Below are positions 58,401 to 64,000 of a stretch of 64,000 nucleotides of DNA, one piece after another; position 1 is the first letter of the stretch; each line of letters begins with the position of its first letter. The notes under the pieces were generated by a model that did not search any database, was not told the DNA's origin, and saw only the letters and a list, made by a program, of their open reading frames with translations. A program made the translations under genes and the position numbers. Source of the DNA: Azolla caroliniana (lineage: Eukaryota; Plantae; Polypodiophyta); NCBI GenBank assembly GCA_043228905.1, contig JBHGNT010000038.1:200196-264195 (forward strand), written 5' to 3'.

Positions 58401-58727
58401 TAGGTAAATTACAATGTTCATACTAGCGAGTGTGATATCGGATTTTTGTGTTCAAACATGCGAATCAAAACCTAACAACGCTAGCTATGATAATAGAATT
58501 AAAAAAGCAAGATTTCGAAACTCAGGTCGAGAGTCATGACGAAATTAGCAAATTTGAGGAGTGAGTTGAGAGGAGCCCTTGAGTAAATTAAAATGGTCAT
58601 ACCTAGCGAGTGTGATATCGGATTTTTGTGTAGTTAAAGACTTACATTAATTTGGTAAGTTTTACAAAAATATCTTGTATCCATACCAATAAAATGAGTT
58701 ATAATTTATACTTTGACCCATATGTGC

Positions 58728-59004
58728 ATGTATATAATTGTGGACAATGTAGGATAGTGCACTTTAGGATAATGTCATTGGAATAACTAACTTATTAAAG
58801 TATTCAATACTTGTATTTAAAGTTGATCTAATCTATTCCTTAGTTTGTTTGTATGGGATCAAACCATATGTATATAATTGTGGACAATGTAAGACAGTGA
58901 ACTTTAGGATAATGTGGTGGAAATAACAAGCCTATTAAGGCTTTCATACTTGTATTAAAAATTGATCTACTCTATTGCTTAGGTGATTCACACAGGATCA
59001 AACT
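58728..59004. repeat. Imperfect 140-bp tandem duplication (2 copies)
   Basis: ATGTATATAATTGTGGACAATGTA...ACTTTAGGATAATGT...ATACTTGTATT...TTGATCTA...GGATCAAAC starts at 58728 and again at 58868. Confidence 0.85.
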
Positions 59005-59788
59005 CCGAACGATAACACTAGTGGAACTACAAGCGTATAAAAACATGCAGATAACACTAGTGGAACCATTATCAACACACTACACAATCTAAGCAGTAAT
59101 GGAATAGAAACATAATAGTTTTAACAACAGAAGACAAAGATCCATAATAACAACATGGACAGTCATGGCAACAATTCTATGACCATGTTATGTTAAGGTA
59201 AACTTGGACCAAAATCAGACTCAATTTAAACTAATTCATGTTTCTCCATAAATTTGGTAGTCAGCTATGCACGCGGTGAAACCAATGTCATAAGTCTACT
59301 AATCAAGTATATAAAAATAAAATTGAAACATATAGAAGATTATAAAGAATAGAATCCACCAAGTAAAACCCAAAATTTGTATTAATAATGTGAAATCCAA
59401 ACATATTGTCAATGTCATTTTCTTCATAGAGTCTATTACATAGCAATCAATTCATCAATGTCATTTTCTTCATCATCCTCTGTAGAATTTTCTTCGGCTA
59501 TACGTGCATTGGTTTCCCTTGTTAGCAGAGCCAACGAAATATCTTCTATAAGCTCATCATCAAGCTCTATTAGCTCCCCCGGTTCCCCGGCTAACAGAGG
59601 AATAGGCTCTCGCGAAGCAGGTTGAAACATTTCTGTATCATCGAGGCTCTTTGCACCGACCTCCTCGTCCTGGTCTGGGCACTCCCAATAAGCCTTAATC
59701 CTCATGTTTATAAATATAACTTGCTCCTCATCCTTCTCCAATGCAATTGTGTTTCTAAAGAGCTTCAATGCACATGCAGACGTTGTTC

Positions 59789-59881
59789 CTGTGAAGAAAG
59801 TAACAAGAAGAATTAGTTTCTCAAACCAAAAAAGATTCAGTATTGTTTATCTCAAGATCGTTACCCTAGTTCGAGGAATAC
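59789..59881 (-). other. Spliceosomal intron, 93 bp, inside the SAM-binding motif
   Basis: Minus strand ATAG|GTATTC...CTAAT...CTTTCTTCACAG|GAACAACG. Splicing restores DLFSGIGTT (FxGxGTT). Confidence 0.85.
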
Positions 59882-60175
59882 CTATGCCAGAAAAGAGATC
59901 TAATATCCAGTCTCCTTCGATAGAAAACATCTCGATCAAGCACATCATAAGTCGTTGAGGTTTTTGGTATGGGTTGACAAGTCCCCCGTTCTGTCATGGT
60001 GACATGTCGCAATTTCCGTGTCACTGCTGGATATACCAGCAGATTTGAACCTCCCACTTCATTAGAATGCTCCTTGATTCTTTGTTTCTTAATTTCATCG
60101 AAGTAGCCAACCGTGATGTATTCAATGGCATTAACGAACCGAAAGGTTGGCCCTCTATTTACATTGGTTTTTATC

Positions 60176-60262
60176 CTATAAAAAAATAATACATAGTTAA
60201 GAATAGATTGAACAATCTTAAGAAATGCAATATAGTGAATGAGACCTATAAATAATCCTTAC
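60176..60262 (-). other. Spliceosomal intron, 87 bp
   Basis: Minus strand TG|GTAAGG...TTTTTTTATAG|G. Splicing restores the WxK motif (LAW-IK) of beta-class methyltransferases. Confidence 0.82.
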
Positions 60263-60710
60263 CATGCAAGGTTCTCGATGCCATGGCAACGAGATCTCAA
60301 AGCTTGAGATCCATACTATGAAAGACAACTATTCTCCACAAGGATGCAGTTGTTAGCTCAGCAAAATCCTTGACCATCTTCTCCAACTATTTAAACCTAA
60401 ACAGTTCATCGTCGTATGATGACCCAGCCATTCGAAATCCGTAAGGAATATCTACAATCATTAGCGTATATTCCTTCTTTGGCACCTTTTGGATCATGTC
60501 AACGGACATCGCCGCAAACCACATTGTAGTAAAGATCTCTCGTAATATCTTTTTTGTGGCTAAATTTTTTAAAGGAGCCATCTTCCTCCATTTCGTACGC
60601 CTTGACTAAACGACGATCCTTTTCTTTTCTGGCTCTCTCGAGATGTGCAAGGATGTCGGGAAATCGTGTATATCCTTAACTTCTCCTTGTTTCTTGCCAT
60701 GACACGGTTT

Positions 60711-60794
60711 CTAATAGAAGCAATAGGACATCAAGTTTTATTATACAAGCTCTACATATGATGAAAAACGTAATGAAAAACCACCAATACTAAC
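60711..60794 (-). other. Spliceosomal intron, 84 bp
   Basis: Minus strand TGG|GTTAGT...CTTCTATTAG|AAA, T-rich interior. Joins FKDW to KPCHGKK. A nearby frameshift lowers certainty. Confidence 0.65.
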
Positions 60795-60934
60795 CCAATC
60801 CTTGAATGCAATAAAATACTCCGATAACGCCTTATATGAAGGACGTTAGAGGATAATCCTCGGTCACTTGTTCCCAAGTTATACATCCAAGTTGTTTCAT
60901 CATAACTTCTTGGATCTTCATGTACACCTTATGA

Positions 60935-61011
60935 CTATGAAATTAGAAAACAAGATTAGAACTTTGAGTTGCACCATATAGAACTTCAATATCAATATTT
61001 GAAAGACTTAC
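60935..61011 (-). other. Spliceosomal intron, 77 bp
   Basis: Minus strand AA|GTAAGT...TTTCTAATTTCATAG|TCAT. Splicing keeps the frame (EFNN-HKVYMKIQEVM). Confidence 0.8.
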
Positions 61012-63165
61012 TTATTGAACTCAGTGACCATTTCTTCAAGGCTTAAATCTTTGGCCACAACCCTTGACAAAACAAACACAAGAAGTTGTTCGTCCTTAAT
61101 ACCTTGCATCGCTCTCCACAGACATAGCTTCATGTCGTCAACCACTTCTTCAATTGTCAAGTCAATTTTCTTGGCCGCTTGTGACTTTAATTCTAGTTGA
61201 GGGTCAACCTTACATTTTTTTTGTCATTGACCCTTGACCTCCTTATTCTCCCACATTGAGAAGATTTGATCCTGTAGGTCCCATACTTCTCCATCTCTAA
61301 AGGCCAGTTGAAACCAAGACTCATACTTTCGAAGATCATCGAACTTAACATTATTATCTACCACAATGCCAACTTCATGCAAGCATTGACATCGTAGGCC
61401 TAGATGTAGCTTCACACCAAACTTTTGTTTGACGTCCAAATACTCGTGGTGGAAGAACCTTACACGCTCAATCGACGACATTTTCTACCTATAGTCATTA
61501 TCATTATTGTGGTCCCATGCCAACAGCTTTGCCTCTTCAGTTGTGAGACCCACGTAAATTTTGCACTCGGCATACTTGAAGAAGAAAGTCGTTGGATGTT
61601 CTCTCACAAGTTGTCGACATGCCTCCGCTGAATGCGCTCCACCAATGACAAAGTAATTATATTGATCATGCTTTCTTATATCAAAATCTTCAATGGTTTC
61701 ACATTCTTCAGGATCCACCATAACAATAAAAGGCACCACAGTGGCATGAGGATTAATTTTCATTTTTTTCTTGAGATTTTGAACATGCATGCGGTGTGGC
61801 TCTCTAATCTCCAGTGGTCTTCGTCCTGTTTTTTCATCAATAGGGGGCCGATGGATGTGTGTTATAGGCAAATTAAACACTTGCCCTTTCCTGACCAGTT
61901 TACGCTGCATTAACTCTCTCCGTATCTTATTCTGCTCGGATGACAACACACCCGATGCCAGCTCAACTCCTGGCGTCCCCTTAGTGTCCTCATCTTCATT
62001 TTCACTTGATGAATCGGAGTCCGACATTTTTGTGGTCTTCTTTTTTGGTGTTCTTGATTGTACTTTAGATGCCCTTTTTGTGGCCTTCACTGGGGAGGGC
62101 AATGGCTCCCTTAGAGTTACATAGCCTTGTATATAAGGCCTCAAGGTAACAATAAGGTATTGTGAGCTTTCAAGATCTTTTTTGAAAGCTTCTGGCCCAC
62201 AAGATTCCTTTACTAGAAGATCTTCAGAAAAGAACACTTTACGTACCCCCTTAGAGCACTCTATCATTACAAGTATGTTGGCCGAATCTGCATCTTCGTA
62301 GTCAAATTGTAGAATACGGCCATACATAAATGGGGTTTCATTTTCAAGCTGCCCCTCGCCCTTCTTCTTTGTTGTATACAATATGACTTTTTTCTTGGTG
62401 TCGACGTATTGCATACACCATTCCTTGTCCGTTAGATCACGGTCAGGAAGGTCTTCACCTCTAGTAGCTGCTACTACTTTCTTCTGGCTAACCTCAATGT
62501 GTGATTGAGATTTTGGCTCCTCGTTGAAGAGAAAAAAAATTCCTCTCTTCATGGTCTTGGGAGCTATTAGGGTCTGTGTTTCAATTGGAGAACCCTGTAT
62601 GCGGAGCTTTATCTTCTTCACAGGTCAGTCCGACAAGTTCTCAAACAACCTACTTAAGAAAGTACATGCGAAAACATAAGTTAGGTGGTCACGTAGATTA
62701 AGATTGTATATTAAAATACAAATAATTAGATGATGAAATAAACTAGCAGGCGACTTGTGGTAAACTATAAATATCAATCATGCATTGAGTGTACATGGTA
62801 GTCCTATATTCAGAAATCTATTCTAGTAAGGGCTATTCAACTTAGAAAATATATATCTTAATAAGTATACAAGGATATATATTGTCTTGAAGGGCAGGTA
62901 TGGCTTATATTGATTCCATATCCATATTGTAGAGAATTTGCATATGATAGACTTGAATTTGGTATCGTAAAGGTAATTTGTGGGTTATTTTGTACTATTT
63001 TAAGCTATACTAGGTCATAAAGCCTCTATAATTAAGGCCCCTATTTTTTACAAAATAAGGCAAATCACCCTAAAAAAAGACTGATTTTGATAGAAAGTTT
63101 GACATATTTTCACACAATACTAAGTTGTTGCCCCAAAGACACAATATTCCTCTTTAGAGTTCTTG

Positions 63166-63416
63166 TTTTATACAAGGACTCGATATGCTGTATCGAGTTC
63201 ATGTATAAAACACAAACATAATCCAGGAGCTCGATACACTGTATCGAGTTCCTTTGTAAAAGAGTTACATAACACAGGAACTCGATACGGCGTATCGAGT
63301 TCCTGTTTAAAACGCACACTATATACATGAAAATATAAACTGTGTATAGGAACTCAATACACCATATTGATTTCCTATATAATGTTTGTGTTTTAAACAG
63401 GAACTCGATACGCTGT
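63166..63416. repeat. Array of 4.5 palindromes, consensus AGGAACTCGATAC-NNN-GTATCGAGTTCCT
   Basis: Centres at 63188, 63239, 63290, 63362 and 63413. Copy 3 is perfect (ACAGGAACTCGATAC GGC GTATCGAGTTCCTGT, 63274-63306). The last copy is a half site merging into GTCGTAGTG. Confidence 0.92.
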
Positions 63417-63497
63417 CGTAGTGTAGGTTGCACACTATGTGGAAATTATATTTTTGTCCCTCCGGATAGAGAATGGAGTGCTCGGTGAGAACCGGAA

Positions 63498-63566
63498 GAA
63501 AACGGCATACCGGCAAGGAGGAAAACGGCATACCGGCAAGGAGGAAAACGGCATACCGGCAAGGAA
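63498..63566 (+). repeat. 23-bp minisatellite x3
   Basis: GAAAACGGCATACCGGCAAGGAG at 63498, 63521 and 63544 (last base of copy 3 differs). Confidence 0.92.
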
Positions 63567-63615
63567 GAGCCGGATAAAGAGACATAAATGTAAAAAAAAA
63601 GGAAATACTCATTAC

Positions 63616-63682
63616 TGCGCAGGGCGTGATTTGAACTCTACACCTCCACGTTGACAAACCCCAACCTTACCATTATGCTACC
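63616..63682 (-). pseudogene. Degenerate tRNA-derived sequence (tRNA-Asp-like or SINE-head-like) with Pol III A and B box remnants
   Basis: Minus strand GGTAGCATAATGGTAAGGTTGGGGTTTGTCAACGTGGAGGTGTAGAGTTCAAATCACGCCCTGCGCA. A-box-like TAGCATAATGG, GTC at the anticodon position, B-box-like AGTTCAAATC. The stems do not pair well. Confidence 0.45.
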
Positions 63683-63812
63683 TTATCTTTAGTGTTCTAT
63701 AAATAGATTTAATAACTATAAGTGCTTTATTTGCACCTACCTTTATTAAAAGGTAAATCGTGCATTTTTAGAGTGCGTGAATATTTTATAGAAAAACGCA
63801 AGCAACTAAAAA

Positions 63813-63844
63813 GTGACTCATGCACATCTAGTGTGCATGAGCAC
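63813..63844. other. Hairpin resembling a decayed Helitron 3' end
   Basis: Perfect 10-bp stem CTCATGCACA-TCTAG-TGTGCATGAG (63817-63841). On the minus strand it is followed by TCACTTTTTAG|T, compared with the Helitron CTAG|T terminus. Confidence 0.35.
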
Positions 63845-64000
63845 TATATTTAGCAAATAAAAGCAAGGATTAAAAAAGCATGTAGTTATGCTTAGTCTCT
63901 CCCATCACTACATAAGAATGGGGAGCACAATGTAATAGGTGTGTGAAATATTTGGAAATTGGATATATTTCCAAAAACACCAACCGATTAATATAATCGT

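Larger units (their letters stand above)
1..58632 (+). repeat. 178-bp tandem satellite array, about 329 monomers, probably centromeric or pericentromeric
   Basis: Typical monomer: TGAGTAAATTAAAATGTTCATACCTAGCGAGTGTGATATCGGATTTTTGTGTTCAAACATGCGAATCGAAGCTAACAACGCTAGCTATGATATGGAATTAAAAAATCAAGATTTTGAAACTCAGGTCGAGAGACATGACGAAATTAGCAAATTTGAGGAGTGAGTTGAGAGGAGCCCT. ORF-track spacings are multiples of 178 (e.g. 2882 to 3060, 16 to 906). No inversion or insertion seen. A centromeric role is inferred only from monomer length and HOR structure. Confidence 0.98.
59436..62649 (-). pseudogene. Decayed intron-containing gene: ParB/Srx-like domain fused to a beta-class DNA N6-adenine/N4-cytosine methyltransferase, about 950 aa reconstructed, 5' start not located
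   Basis: Minus-strand exons: 62649-61012, 60934-60795, 60710-60263, 60175-59882, 59788-59436. ParB-like part: EIREPHRMHVQNLKKKMKINPHATVVPFIVMV...YFVIGGAHSAEACRQL...IYVGLTTEEAKLLAWDHNNDNDYR*KMSSIER. MTase part, in beta order: YNVVCGDVR/DMIQKVPKKEYTLMIVDIPYG (60522-60438), LAW^IKTN...NAIEYITVGY, LVNPYQKPQRLM (59975-59958), GDWILDLFSGI^GTTSACALKLFRNTIALEKDEEQVIFINMRI, then an acidic tail. In-frame stops at 62625-62627, 61485-61487, 61224-61226 and 60387-60389. Frameshifts near 60841, 60660, 60501, 60307 and 59990. Confidence 0.88.
58633..63423 (-). mobile_element. Truncated CACTA/EnSpm-like DNA transposon (one terminus visible) carrying the ParB-methyltransferase gene
   Basis: The minus strand from 63423 reads CACTACGACAGCGTATCGAGTTCCTGT and runs directly into an array of inverted subterminal repeats, which is the usual CACTA end layout. 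No second terminus or transposase is visible. The left boundary is assumed to be the satellite junction. Confidence 0.6.

Noticed and set aside
1-58632. Identity with Arabidopsis CEN178 or alpha satellite
   Set aside because: Only the length is similar. I see no recognisable sequence match or CENP-B box.
59078-59090. CACTACAC as the partner terminus of the element
   Set aside because: It matches the right end for only 6 bp, has no subterminal palindromes, and the flanking trinucleotides (ACA vs TAG) do not form a TSD.
59409-59473. 19-bp direct repeat TCAATGTCATTTTCTTCAT around the stop codon
   Set aside because: Real but probably a small local duplication in the acidic tail and 3' UTR, with no functional evidence.
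59622-62124. Plus-strand ORFs at 59622, 59704, 61015, 61425, 61632 and 61789
   Set aside because: They are antisense shadows of the minus-strand ParB-methyltransferase exons.
59436-62649. Bacterial or phage contaminant, or a restriction-modification operon
   Set aside because: Spliceosomal introns interrupt conserved motifs, and there is no operon or neighbouring endonuclease gene.
63166-63416. CRISPR-like array of palindromic repeats with spacers
   Set aside because: Intron-containing eukaryotic context, no cas genes, repeats vary at their centre, spacers are uneven and AT-rich, and the array abuts a CACTA-like end.
63110-63657. ORFs 63110-63433, 63319-63657 and 63439-63654
   Set aside because: They translate the palindrome array and minisatellite (repeating NSIxxIEFL and GIPAR-type words) with no domain signal.
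63906-64000. CACTACATAAGAA as a new CACTA start, or AAGAATGGGGAG...TGTAAT as a polypurine tract plus LTR start
   Set aside because: Too close to the window edge to test, and the two readings conflict.

Overview
Eukaryotic DNA, probably from a plant. Positions 1-58632 are one head-to-tail array of a 178-bp satellite (about 329 monomers, one orientation) with nested, position-dependent higher-order repeats (HORs) of 3, 5, 6, 13, 14, 17 and 29 monomers. All ORFs called there are satellite artefacts. The array breaks abruptly mid-monomer at 58632, after about 1.1 kb rich in single-base indels. The last 5.4 kb contain the main finding: a decayed minus-strand gene (59436-62649, at least 5 exons, four GT-AG introns). 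Spliced by hand and read through its stops and frameshifts, it encodes about 950 aa with a ParB/Srx-like domain fused to a complete prokaryote-type beta-class DNA amino-methyltransferase (N6-adenine/N4-cytosine). The gene starts just inside what looks like a CACTA transposon terminus (TAGTG at 63419-63423) with a regularly spaced array of palindromic subterminal repeats. Beyond it are a 23-bp minisatellite, a degenerate tRNA-Asp-like sequence and a Helitron-like hairpin. All alignments and translations were done by eye; no database search was run.
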